53,527 nt of DNA. It comes from a virus. Positions within the stretch are counted from its first letter, which is position 1; the number at the start of each line of letters is the position of its first letter. This document shows positions 42,515-49,924 of this stretch, in pieces. The position numbers and the translations under genes are program-made. The notes beneath the pieces are model-generated. The model was given only the letters and a program-made list of their open reading frames with translations, did not search any database and was not told where the DNA came from. The DNA lies in IMG/VR virus record IMGVR_UViG_3300044252_000008, positions 1 to 53,527 of that record. One strand, written 5' to 3'.

Positions 42515-43551
42515 GACGGCAGGCCCTTGGTCTGGTTGCCCACGCGCTTGCCAGGGTGGCCCTGGATGTCGGCCTTGCGCCCGGCCACCCGGCCGCTGCC
42601 GTAGGCCTCGCCGCTGAACGCCACCTCGCGGGTGGGCAGCGCCCGGCCCTTGCCCTTGCGCGGCTCCGGCGTGGGCCACATATCCTCGTACAGGTTCTCC
42701 ACCACCTGGCGGATGTCACGCACGGCCAGCGCCATGCTGCCGGTGCTGCCGCCCGTGGGTGCCTCCTGCTCCGCCCGCATGGCGCGGAAGCGGGTGCGCA
42801 CCTCTGTCACGTAGCCCGCGCCGAAGCTGCGGTGCCACACACGCGGGTGCACGTGGGTGGGCACCGGCTGGCCCGTGCGCTCGGCCTCCTCATTGATGGC
42901 ACGGCGCACGCGGCCGACCAGGCTCTTCTGGATGGGGCTGGGCAGTTCGCGCCACGTGGTCTCCGGCGTCACGTACGGCACCTTCGCCTGCTGGGCCTTG
43001 GTGAGCGGCAGCATGCCCGCACGCCACAGCAGCGGGGCCATGCTGTCGCGGCCCTCACGCATGCCCATGCCTGCCAGGCGCATGCGCAGCGCGTTGGCGC
43101 CCAACGTCGCACGCGTGTCCACCTGCGGTGCCATCTCACGCTGCATCTGCAGCATCAGGTGGGTGAACAGCATGTCCATGTAGTCCAGGTCGCTGGGCAG
43201 GCCGATGACAGGCATCGTCTGGTAGCTGCCGCCGCTGCCGTAGCCGCGCGTGGCCACCACACAGCGGCAGTGCCGGGCCACGTCGTACATCAGGTCCCAC
43301 AGGTGGTCGCGCAGGCTGTGCCCGTTGTACCACCAGCTGAAGTCCACGTGGCGCACCTCCGGCTCCGGCCGGGCGGTGTTCTGCGCCGCGTCCACCTGCC
43401 ACTGCTCGATGGCGTACGCGGTCATCAGCTCATCGGCCTTGGCGCGGAAGCTGTTGGCCTCCTCGGGGAAGTTGGTGCCGTCGGCCTTGGCCAGCAGCGC
43501 GCGCACGCGCTCCAGCATCTTGGCCTTGCGGGTGGTGGTGTCGGTGGTCAT
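42511..43551 (-). CDS. DUF2786-domain protein
   Basis: 346 aa. N-terminal KMLERVRALLAKADGTNFPEEANSFRAKADELMTAYAI matches the DUF2786 pattern. Confidence 0.75.
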   Translation of the reverse strand: MTTDTTTRKAKMLERVRALLAKADGTNFPEEANSFRAKADELMTAYAIEQWQVDAAQNTARPEPEVRHVDFSWWYNGHSLRDHLWDLMYDVARHCRCVVATRGYGSGGSYQTMPVIGLPSDLDYMDMLFTHLMLQMQREMAPQVDTRATLGANALRMRLAGMGMREGRDSMAPLLWRAGMLPLTKAQQAKVPYVTPETTWRELPSPIQKSLVGRVRRAINEEAERTGQPVPTHVHPRVWHRSFGAGYVTEVRTRFRAMRAEQEAPTGGSTGSMALAVRDIRQVVENLYEDMWPTPEPRKGKGRALPTREVAFSGEAYGSGRVAGRKADIQGHPGKRVGNQTKGLPS

Positions 43552-43572
43552 AGCGGTTCTCCTAGTGGTAGT

Positions 43573-43595
43573 GGGGCCGCCCGTGTGGCGGCCCC
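43573..43595 (-). terminator. Hairpin GGGGCCGCC-5 nt-GGCGGCCCC
   Basis: 9-bp perfect stem between the stop at 43612 and ATG 43551. The minus strand then reads ACTACCACTAGGAG. Confidence 0.55.
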
Positions 43596-43611
43596 GTGTG
43601 GGTGGCGTAGC

Positions 43612-44214
43612 TTACAGCCCCAGCTGCGCGCGGCACACCGGGCCAATGCCCAGTTCGCGGCTGGTCTCGTCGGTCAGGGTGCGGCCACAGTGCCCGCACT
43701 TGCCGATCTCCTGGCCGTAGCGCAGCATGGCAGCCGTGGGGTCCACGGCGATCTTGGCCAGCACAGCCTTGGCGGCGCCGCCGCGCACCGGGTGCAGTTC
43801 GTCGCTGGCCTGCACCTTGACGAACGTGTAGCCCGCCCACTTGCCATCGGTCGGGCGGTCCACGCGGTAGAAGGCCAGGTGCCCAGCCTCGGTGTCCACC
43901 GCGTACCGGCCAGCGGGCACGTCCACACGCGGCTGCTGGGTGCGCGGGGCCATGGCCTCGGCGGCAGCGGCCAGGAACGCGGGGTCGTGCGGCTCGTCCT
44001 GCTGCTGCGCCTTGCGGGGCAGGTCCTTCATGGCCGTGATCATCTTGCTGGCCTCAGGCTTGGTGGGGCCGATGTCCAGCAGGTGCTCGGCGCGCTCACG
44101 CCAGCTGGCGGGCATCTCGCGGGTGGCGACCAGGTCGCGCACCCATGCGATCTGCTTCTCGCTGGCTGCGTTGTCGGCGGTGAACTGGGCGGGGATGGGG
44201 CTGCGGTTGTACAT
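43612..44214 (-). CDS. DUF6011-type protein
   Basis: 200 aa from ATG 44214. C-terminal GKCGHCGRTLTDETSRELGIGPVCR matches the CxxCGRxLTDxxSxxxGIGPxC motif. Confidence 0.7.
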   Translation of the reverse strand: MYNRSPIPAQFTADNAASEKQIAWVRDLVATREMPASWRERAEHLLDIGPTKPEASKMITAMKDLPRKAQQQDEPHDPAFLAAAAEAMAPRTQQPRVDVPAGRYAVDTEAGHLAFYRVDRPTDGKWAGYTFVKVQASDELHPVRGGAAKAVLAKIAVDPTAAMLRYGQEIGKCGHCGRTLTDETSRELGIGPVCRAQLGL

Positions 44215-44250
44215 GGTGCCTCCGGGCGGTTGTAGGTTGCTGCTGCGCTC

Positions 44251-44279
44251 ATCATAGCGCGGGCCTCGCGCGCGGGCAA
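44251..44279 (-). promoter_or_regulatory. Sigma70-type promoter TTGCCC-17-TATGAT
   Basis: -35 at 44274-44279 and -10 at 44251-44256. Downstream: AGCGCAGCAGC, CCTACAACC, GGAGG, then ATG 44214. Confidence 0.6.
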
Positions 44280-44298
44280 GGGCGGATCTCTGGGCTAC

Positions 44299-44318
44299 GT
44301 ACAGGCCCGTACAGGCCC
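44299..44318. repeat. Tandem GTACAGGCCC x2 (a third, inverted copy lies at 44419-44428)
   Basis: Read directly from the sequence. The repeats lie 20-40 bp upstream of the -35 at 44274-44279. Confidence 0.7.
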
Positions 44319-44400
44319 GCTGGCGCCCAGGGGTACCAGCACCCAGCCCCAGCGCGCGCTGGCCCGTAGCGGGGCCGCAAGGGTCCCCCAGAGACGCGTA

Positions 44401-44424
44401 AGGCCCCGCAGCTGGGCGGGGCCT
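44401..44424 (-). terminator. Hairpin AGGCCCCGC-6 nt-GCGGGGCCT
   Basis: 9-bp perfect stem 12 nt downstream of the stop at 44436. Confidence 0.6.
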
Positions 44425-44435
44425 GTACATGGTGG

Positions 44436-44642
44436 TCACAGCAGCACCAGTTCGCTGGCGCGCACGGTGCGCATCTTGCCGCGGCGGCCTTCCGTGAACT
44501 GCACCAGCGTGTGCGGCCTGTCGCCGCCTGCGGTCATGGGGCCTGCGGGCAGCCACCTCACCAGCCGCGTCACGTGGTACACGCTCTCCTCCAGGCCACC
44601 GCCAGCAGCCTTGCGGATGTGGCGCACCTTGCGCCCGTCCAC
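44436..44642 (-). CDS. Hypothetical protein (start uncertain)
   Basis: 68 aa from GTG 44642. GC3 is very high in this frame. A terminator hairpin follows. Confidence 0.5.
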   Translation of the reverse strand: MDGRKVRHIRKAAGGGLEESVYHVTRLVRWLPAGPMTAGGDRPHTLVQFTEGRRGKMRTVRASELVLL

Positions 44643-44677
44643 CAGCTGCTGGCGGTCAGCCAGGGTTAGGTCGGCCG

Positions 44678-45697
44678 CTAGGAAGGGTCCGCCGCGGCGG
44701 CCTTGGGCTTGCGGCTGCGCTTGCGCGCGGCAGGCTTGGCCTTGGCCGCCGCACGGCGCTTGCGGCGCAGCCGGGCACGGCGCTCCGCCGTGGTCTCCTC
44801 GGCGGCCTCGGCCTCGTCCTCCTCCTCGTCCTCCTCCGGCTCCACCTCGGCCTCGGCGGCCTTGGCCTTGGTGCGCGTGCGCTTGGCCGCGGCGGGCTTG
44901 TCGTCACCGTTGCCGAACTTGGCACGCCACTCGGTGGGCGTCAGGCCGTCGGGGTTGTCCTGGCCCTTGCTGCCGAAGCCGTGTTCGCGCAGCGCGGCGC
45001 GCACCTTGCTGCCGTCGCTGTGGCCGAACTCGGTGCGGATGTCCTTCATGGTGTCGCCGTTGCGCAGCCGCTTGGCGATCTCCTTGGCCTGCGTCTTGGT
45101 CAGGCTGAACGCGGTGCGCCCGTTGCTGGCGGGCTTGGTCGCCGCGGGCTTGGTCGCCGCGGGCTTGCTGGCGGTGCTACGGGGCTTGCGGGCCATGGTG
45201 GCCTCCTCGGTGTGGTTGGTGGTGTTCTCCGCCTTGGCGGCGGGCTTGGTGTTGGTACGGCGGGGCTGGGCACCCATCTCGCGGCCCACGCGGTCCAGCA
45301 GGGCCTGGCCCATCTCCAGCTGGGTCATGTCAGCGCCCAGCTGGCGGGCCACACGCGCAGGCTCGGCCATGCTGCCGCCGTTGCCCACATCGGCCATCCA
45401 GCTGCCGTGACGGTTGTGCAGGGTGGCCGTGCGGTCACCGTTGCTGACATCCACCAGCCAGGTGGTCCCATCCTGCCGTGCGTTGTGGAACCGCACGCCA
45501 GCCAGCGCGAAGTCGTGCGGGCTGGTGGCAGGCACGGCCGTGGCCTTGGTGCGCGGCTTGCCACGGCGCGCGGGCTTGCTGCGCTTGCGGGCAGCTGCCT
45601 CGTTGCGCTCACGGCCGGTGCGCGTGTCCAGTTCGGCCTTGGTGGCCTTGCGGGTGGTGATGGGCTTGCGGGTGCGGCGGGGCTTGGTGCTGGGCAT
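44678..45697 (-). CDS. Highly basic DNA-binding-like protein with a Lys/Ala/Pro-rich tail; possible internal start at 45196
   Basis: 339 aa (SD CAGGAG). KPAATKPAATKP and ..AAAKAKPAARKRSRKPK tails with an acidic run. An in-frame AGGAGGCCACCATGGCC sits at 45180-45196. Confidence 0.65.
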   Translation of the reverse strand: MPSTKPRRTRKPITTRKATKAELDTRTGRERNEAAARKRSKPARRGKPRTKATAVPATSPHDFALAGVRFHNARQDGTTWLVDVSNGDRTATLHNRHGSWMADVGNGGSMAEPARVARQLGADMTQLEMGQALLDRVGREMGAQPRRTNTKPAAKAENTTNHTEEATMARKPRSTASKPAATKPAATKPASNGRTAFSLTKTQAKEIAKRLRNGDTMKDIRTEFGHSDGSKVRAALREHGFGSKGQDNPDGLTPTEWRAKFGNGDDKPAAAKRTRTKAKAAEAEVEPEEDEEEDEAEAAEETTAERRARLRRKRRAAAKAKPAARKRSRKPKAAAADPS

Positions 45698-45738
45698 GTG
45701 GTAGCTCCTGATTGGGTCGTAGGGGTCTCGCTGCGCTC

Positions 45739-45767
45739 AACCTAGCACGCACGCGAGCCGGGCACAA
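45739..45767 (-). promoter_or_regulatory. Sigma70-type promoter TTGTGC-17-TAGGTT
   Basis: -35 at 45762-45767 and -10 at 45739-45744. Downstream: AGCGCAGCGAG, CCCTACGACC, the SD, then ATG 45697. Confidence 0.55.
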
Positions 45768-45777
45768 GGCCCGGCTC
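45755..45777 (-). terminator. Hairpin GAGCCGGGC-5 nt-GCCCGGCTC, overlapping the -35 of the next promoter
   Basis: 9-bp perfect stem 29 nt downstream of the stop at 45806. Confidence 0.5.
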
Positions 45778-45805
45778 GGCACGGCTGGTATGGGCTGCAC
45801 GCGGG

Positions 45806-46327
45806 CTAGGCGGCGGCCTTGGTACGCGGGGTGCGCTTGCGCGGCGCCTTGGCGGGCTTGGCCTCGGCCGCGGCCAGCTTGCGCAGCAGCTTGGCCAGGT
45901 AGTTGGGGCTGGCGATACCGGCCGCCGCGGCCACCTCCTTGCGCGTCAGGCCCTTGGCCTTGGCCGCCTTGGCCTTGCGGATCTGCTCCGGCGTGTAGCG
46001 CGGGCCGCCACCGCCCGGCCGCGTGGTGCCCTTGTCGCTGCGCGGCCACAGCTGGGCGAACTCCGCCTTGCCAGCCGCCAGCGCGTCGCTGTCGTTCTCC
46101 ACATCGTGGTTGGTCTGCCAGGTCAGCACGCGGTCCTCGTTCACGTGGGTGCTGGCCACCAGCCCGCGGCGCTCCAGCTGGCGCAGCAGGGTGTTGACGC
46201 GCTTGGCGTCCATGCCCACCTGGTCGGTGATGTCGCTGGCGTGCACGGCCCAGTTCTCGAGAACGGCCACGTAGACCTTGCGGGCCTGGCTGCGGATGGT
46301 GATGGTCTTGCCGTTGGTGCTGGCCAT
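45806..46327 (-). CDS. Winged-helix transcription regulator with a second C-terminal HTH and a basic tail
   Basis: 173 aa from ATG 46327 (SD AAGGAGG). ..VAVLENWAVHASDITDQVGMDAKRVNTLLRQLERRGLV.. is MarR/wHTH-like. GLTRKEVAAAAGIASPNYLAKLLRK is HTH-like. Confidence 0.7.
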   Translation of the reverse strand: MASTNGKTITIRSQARKVYVAVLENWAVHASDITDQVGMDAKRVNTLLRQLERRGLVASTHVNEDRVLTWQTNHDVENDSDALAAGKAEFAQLWPRSDKGTTRPGGGGPRYTPEQIRKAKAAKAKGLTRKEVAAAAGIASPNYLAKLLRKLAAAEAKPAKAPRKRTPRTKAAA

Positions 46328-46367
46328 GGTGGCCTCCTTGCGGGTAGTAGGGGTGCTGCTGCGCTGA

Positions 46368-46396
46368 ACTGTAGCGGAGGTCCTGGGGCAGAACAA
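46368..46396 (-). promoter_or_regulatory. Sigma70-type promoter TTGTTC-17-TACAGT
   Basis: -35 at 46391-46396 and -10 at 46368-46373. Downstream: AGCGCAGCAGC, CCCTACTACC, AAGGAGG, then ATG 46327. Confidence 0.55.
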
Positions 46397-46399
46397 CCC

Positions 46400-46415
46400 C
46401 GGATCTCCAGATCCG
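46400..46415. promoter_or_regulatory. Inverted repeat CGGATCT-2 nt-AGATCCG abutting the -35 (operator candidate)
   Basis: Read directly from the sequence. A half-site, CGGATCT, also abuts the -35 of the 44251-44279 promoter (44283-44289). Confidence 0.4.
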
Positions 46416-46555
46416 CCTACCGGCAGCCGTGGGGACCAGCAAGGAGGCATCCTGGAACGCGCTGAGGTGCGTCAGCACGTACGCAGCCACCAGCAGCAGC
46501 ACCACCAGCAGGCAGGCCACGCAGATGAAGAAGACGAACCAGTCGTCGCTATGCA

Positions 46556-46882
46556 CTACAGCCCGTGCCGCACGAGCCACCCGTGGCACACGCGGTAGCG
46601 CAGCACCGGGTACATGATGCTGCGCGGGTTCTTGCTGTGGCCCCTACCGGCCAGGTGGCCGTACTCGTGCACCAGCACACACTGCGCTTTCTCACGCGGC
46701 CATGCGCTGGCCGGGCGCTTGTCTACGACGATGGTGCCCGGCTCCTTGGCTACGGCCAGGCTCCCCGGCTCCAGGTTCCGGTATTTCACGTGCACATCGT
46801 CGACGGGCACCGGCCCGAAGGCCAAGGCCGCGGCAGTGATGGCCGGGCCGATCCAACTCTGCGGGAAGACGAAGAACGCCAC
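46556..46882 (-). CDS. Miniature metzincin-like zinc metalloprotease with an N-terminal hydrophobic leader
   Basis: 108 aa (GTG start overlapping the upstream TAG). VLVHEYGHLAGRGHSKNPRSIMYP is HExxHxxGxxH plus a Met-turn-like SIMYP. N-terminus AFFVFPQSWIGPAITAAALAFGPVPV. Confidence 0.7.
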   Translation of the reverse strand: MAFFVFPQSWIGPAITAAALAFGPVPVDDVHVKYRNLEPGSLAVAKEPGTIVVDKRPASAWPREKAQCVLVHEYGHLAGRGHSKNPRSIMYPVLRYRVCHGWLVRHGL

Positions 46883-47499
46883 TAGCCCGGCCTGTTCTCA
46901 CTCTGGCGCTGGTACGTGCTGAACTTGGCCGTCTGCTGTGCGTACGTGTCGCCAGTGTCTGTCTGGGCTTGGTAGTCCCACCCCACCACCTGGCGGAAGG
47001 CCAGCACCAGCCCGCCAGGCTTGAACATCAGCAGTGCGTTCAGCGTGGCAGTGGGGTTCGGTGTCTCGCTGGTGAGCGTCACGACTTCCAGCCGGTACGC
47101 ACTGCCGTCCCGTTCACGGAAGAACACTGTGGGCGCATCACCTGTCAGGGTGGGCAGCATGGCGCTGTACATGCTGCGCGTGGTGCCTGCCGCCTGGCCA
47201 GCCACTGCCTTGATCGCTGCCCGTGCGCTCTCTTCGTCGGCGTCGGCAGACACGACGGCACCCACTGCTTGCGCCAGCCAGGGCAGTGCCCAGGCCGGGC
47301 AGCTGTCCACATCGAACAGCGGACCCCACGGCGGCATGGGGTCCTCGGGATCTGTCAGCTCCGCCACCTGTAGAAACGGCTGCGCCAGCGCCTCACACAG
47401 GATGGCGTGCGCCCAGCCGTACTGATCGTCGTCAGGCTGTAGCGGCTGGGTGCGCTCGCGCAGGCGGGCACCCCACGGGCTGTGAATGGGCTCAGGCAA
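46882..47499 (-). CDS. Baseplate protein, P2 gpI / DUF2313-like
   Basis: 205 aa. 8-nt overlap with the gpJ-like gene. The call rests on its position after gpW and gpJ and on a loose resemblance. Confidence 0.6.
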   Translation of the reverse strand: MPEPIHSPWGARLRERTQPLQPDDDQYGWAHAILCEALAQPFLQVAELTDPEDPMPPWGPLFDVDSCPAWALPWLAQAVGAVVSADADEESARAAIKAVAGQAAGTTRSMYSAMLPTLTGDAPTVFFRERDGSAYRLEVVTLTSETPNPTATLNALLMFKPGGLVLAFRQVVGWDYQAQTDTGDTYAQQTAKFSTYQRQSENRPG

Positions 47500-48727
47500 C
47501 TGTAATCACGGGCGCAGCCCCGACCTTGGGCATGGGCACGGCGCCACCCAGCTGGATGTCCGCTGCCGCCCACGTGCTGTCTGTGCTCTTCTTCATCTCC
47601 ACGCTCACCACATAGTGGATGACGGTTGCCCGGTTGATCCACTCCACTGCCTCGTAGATGCGCACCTTGTCATCCACCGCCCACTCCGCGGCGGTTGCGG
47701 TGCCCGGCACCACACCCCAGGTGCTGGCGCTGAGCCATTGCGTGATCTGGTCGGCGGCCTGCGCCTGCGCATCCGCTGGATCCACACCGGGATAGGGGTG
47801 CACCGTGGCCCGCACATCAATGCCTGTGTACGTACCGTTCTGTCCGGGCGGGATCACATACACCAGAAAGTTCACCTCGCGGTTGGCATCCAGATCGGCC
47901 CACACATCTTGCATGAGCACCGGGTCTGGTGCTGCACCATCCGGACCAGTTACCACCACTGTCACACAGCGCTCCACGTTGGTCTGGGCCGTGGCGCCAC
48001 GCGGGCTGCCGTAGCCGCCTTCTGTGGTGGCAGGCTGGTACAGGTCCAGGGCCACCGCCCGCTCGACGCCAGGGTTCAGCTGCGCGCGCCTGGCGAAGTC
48101 GATGGGCAGGATCGGCCGGGCTGTAAGGATGGTCAGGTATGTGCTGAAACGGGCTAGGTAATCAGTCGGGTCTTCCGCATCCGCACCGCCCAGTGTGGTG
48201 TTGACAACGATGGCCTGAACCCCATCGTGCTCTTCCTGGAACTCGGCAGGCCCATAGCAACCGTTCTGGGCGCTGCCGTACTCACTGGCGATGACCAGGC
48301 AGGTTAGTGCACCGCCACCCTCCGGTGCCACTAGATCTCTGTCTGTCTCGAACAGGAACGGGGTGCCGCTGGGGTGCGGTACCGACACCTCACTGCCTTG
48401 GTAGATGGTCATTGCTGGCGTGTTCTGCGAGAAGGTGACGGTAGCGTTGCCCCGGCTGGGTGCCCCGTCCAGCATGGGGAAGCCATAGATGCTGGTGCCC
48501 AGGTACGCCATAGCCTCGTCAGGCACGCTGGCCGCCTGCGCCACCACCTCGCTGGCCATCTGTGCATTGGCCTCCATCATGATGGTCTCGGGGTTGGCGG
48601 GCTGCCCCACCCACCCAGGGATGGCCGTCTCCATGTACTCCAGGCTGTACAGCGTCAGCTGGTCCGCATCTATCAGCAGGCCCAGGTCTGTGTACTCAGT
48701 ACCGATGTCAGACTGATCACTCACCAC
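47492..48727 (-). CDS. Baseplate J-like protein (gpJ / T4 gp6-like)
   Basis: 411 aa. ..GFPMLDGAPSRGNATVTF..IYQGSEVSV..LFETDRDLV.. is typical of Baseplate_J. It follows the gp25-like gene. Confidence 0.85.
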   Translation of the reverse strand: MVSDQSDIGTEYTDLGLLIDADQLTLYSLEYMETAIPGWVGQPANPETIMMEANAQMASEVVAQAASVPDEAMAYLGTSIYGFPMLDGAPSRGNATVTFSQNTPAMTIYQGSEVSVPHPSGTPFLFETDRDLVAPEGGGALTCLVIASEYGSAQNGCYGPAEFQEEHDGVQAIVVNTTLGGADAEDPTDYLARFSTYLTILTARPILPIDFARRAQLNPGVERAVALDLYQPATTEGGYGSPRGATAQTNVERCVTVVVTGPDGAAPDPVLMQDVWADLDANREVNFLVYVIPPGQNGTYTGIDVRATVHPYPGVDPADAQAQAADQITQWLSASTWGVVPGTATAAEWAVDDKVRIYEAVEWINRATVIHYVVSVEMKKSTDSTWAAADIQLGGAVPMPKVGAAPVITVA

Positions 48728-49046
48728 TTACCTCCTCACTGGTGGGCACGCTGACATCCAGCCGTATGGACACGCGGCCGTCAGGTGTGATCTCTTGGTA
48801 GATGGCGACGGCAGCACGCTCCTCGTAGTCGGCCAGGGCCTGCGCTATGTCGCCAGTGTCTATGGGCATGGTTTGAAAGGTGGGGTCTGTAATACCAAAG
48901 TCCGGATCCTCTATGCGATAGCCCCGCTCGAAGGCGCACACGTTGCGTACACACTGTGCCACCTCTTCTTCGGAGTCCTGTTCCACCAGTACCCACTGTG
49001 CACCCTTGAAGCGCAGGGGCATGGCCAGGTGCGGGATATCAGCCAT
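48717..49046 (-). CDS. Baseplate wedge protein gpW / gp25-like
   Basis: 109 aa. ..ERGYRIEDPDFGI.. fits the GPW_gp25 pattern. Confidence 0.75.
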   Translation of the reverse strand: MADIPHLAMPLRFKGAQWVLVEQDSEEEVAQCVRNVCAFERGYRIEDPDFGITDPTFQTMPIDTGDIAQALADYEERAAVAIYQEITPDGRVSIRLDVSVPTSEEVSGE

Positions 49047-49696
49047 CAGCCCATCCTGATGATGTAGTTGACGACCACGAACGGCGGAAGGTTCTCATGC
49101 GCTGCACTGGAACCGTTGTTCTGAACAGAGACGTTAGTCGCAGCACCAAGAACGCCGATCGCAGACCAGAAGCCAGCGTCACCACCAACTTGAATCATAT
49201 TGCCACCAACGCCAACCCCACCCGCAGAGCCGACCAGATAGTTGCCGCCATGGCCGACCAGCGTGGCGCCGCCTGCGGACTCGCCGTTCATCGCGTGAGC
49301 ATGCCCAGGATCGTTGATGCCGTGTGCATGTGCTGGCATCTGCGCCGTCGATAGCGCCACCGTTTCTGCGCCACCCGTCTGCCCCAGCGTATGCCCACTG
49401 CCTACACCCAGGGGCACGCGCCCACCCAGGTTGGGCAGCGTCACCTTGCCACCGGACTGCCCTAGCAGCGTCGCCAGCTGCGGATAGGTGGCGGCGTCCA
49501 CCTGTGCGCCGTTGCACATTGCCCAGCCAGCCGGTGCTGTGGAAGTGGGCCACATCATCATGGCACCCACAGGCACCATGCCCATGGTGTCCAGCTTCTC
49601 TGCCAGGGCCTTGGTGTCCCGTGGCGAATCTACGTTGTCGTCCGGAGTGGGATACGGCAGGGCTAGCCTGCTCGTGACTCCGCTAGGTCCCGCCAT
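49046..49696 (-). CDS. Phage tail collar domain protein
   Basis: 216 aa. PVGAMMMWP..APAGWAMCNGAQVDAATYPQLATLLG..VTLPNLGGRVPLG..LSTAQMPAHAH matches the tail-collar pattern. Confidence 0.85.
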   Translation of the reverse strand: MAGPSGVTSRLALPYPTPDDNVDSPRDTKALAEKLDTMGMVPVGAMMMWPTSTAPAGWAMCNGAQVDAATYPQLATLLGQSGGKVTLPNLGGRVPLGVGSGHTLGQTGGAETVALSTAQMPAHAHGINDPGHAHAMNGESAGGATLVGHGGNYLVGSAGGVGVGGNMIQVGGDAGFWSAIGVLGAATNVSVQNNGSSAAHENLPPFVVVNYIIRMG

Positions 49697-49708
49697 AGTT
49701 TCTCCTCT

Positions 49709-49924
49709 TCATCGAATCACCCGCATCTGTCCAGTGGACTCGCACTTATTGCAGAACGGTGGCATCCCTTCAGGCTGCGAGTTGCCGCTGCCACCACACT
49801 TATCGCACAGCGTCGTGGCCTCGAGCGCAGCCAGCGCCGCGTCCTGCTCAGCTGCGGTGATCGCCTTGGCGTCGCGCAGTGCCTTGATCGCTCTAACCTC
49901 ACCAGGATTAGCTGGTCGTGGCAT
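49709..49924 (-). CDS. Small DnaJ-type zinc-finger protein
   Basis: 71 aa. CDKCGGSG .. CNKCESTG (CxxCxGxG-type pair). Confidence 0.6.
   Translation of the reverse strand: MPRPANPGEVRAIKALRDAKAITAAEQDAALAALEATTLCDKCGGSGNSQPEGMPPFCNKCESTGQMRVIR

Noticed and set aside
44678-45697. Calling the basic protein an Lsr2, HU or H1 homologue.
   Set aside because: The similarity is compositional only (Lys/Ala/Pro tails). No conserved fold-level motif of those families was recognisable by eye.
45609-46589. A 326-aa minus-strand ORF covering the wHTH gene and the start of the basic-protein gene.
   Set aside because: Only its first ~45 codons (a TM helix) look coding. The rest is an off-frame Arg/Gln/His/Gly translation crossing a promoter and two supported genes. 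The TM part is kept as a low-interest finding.
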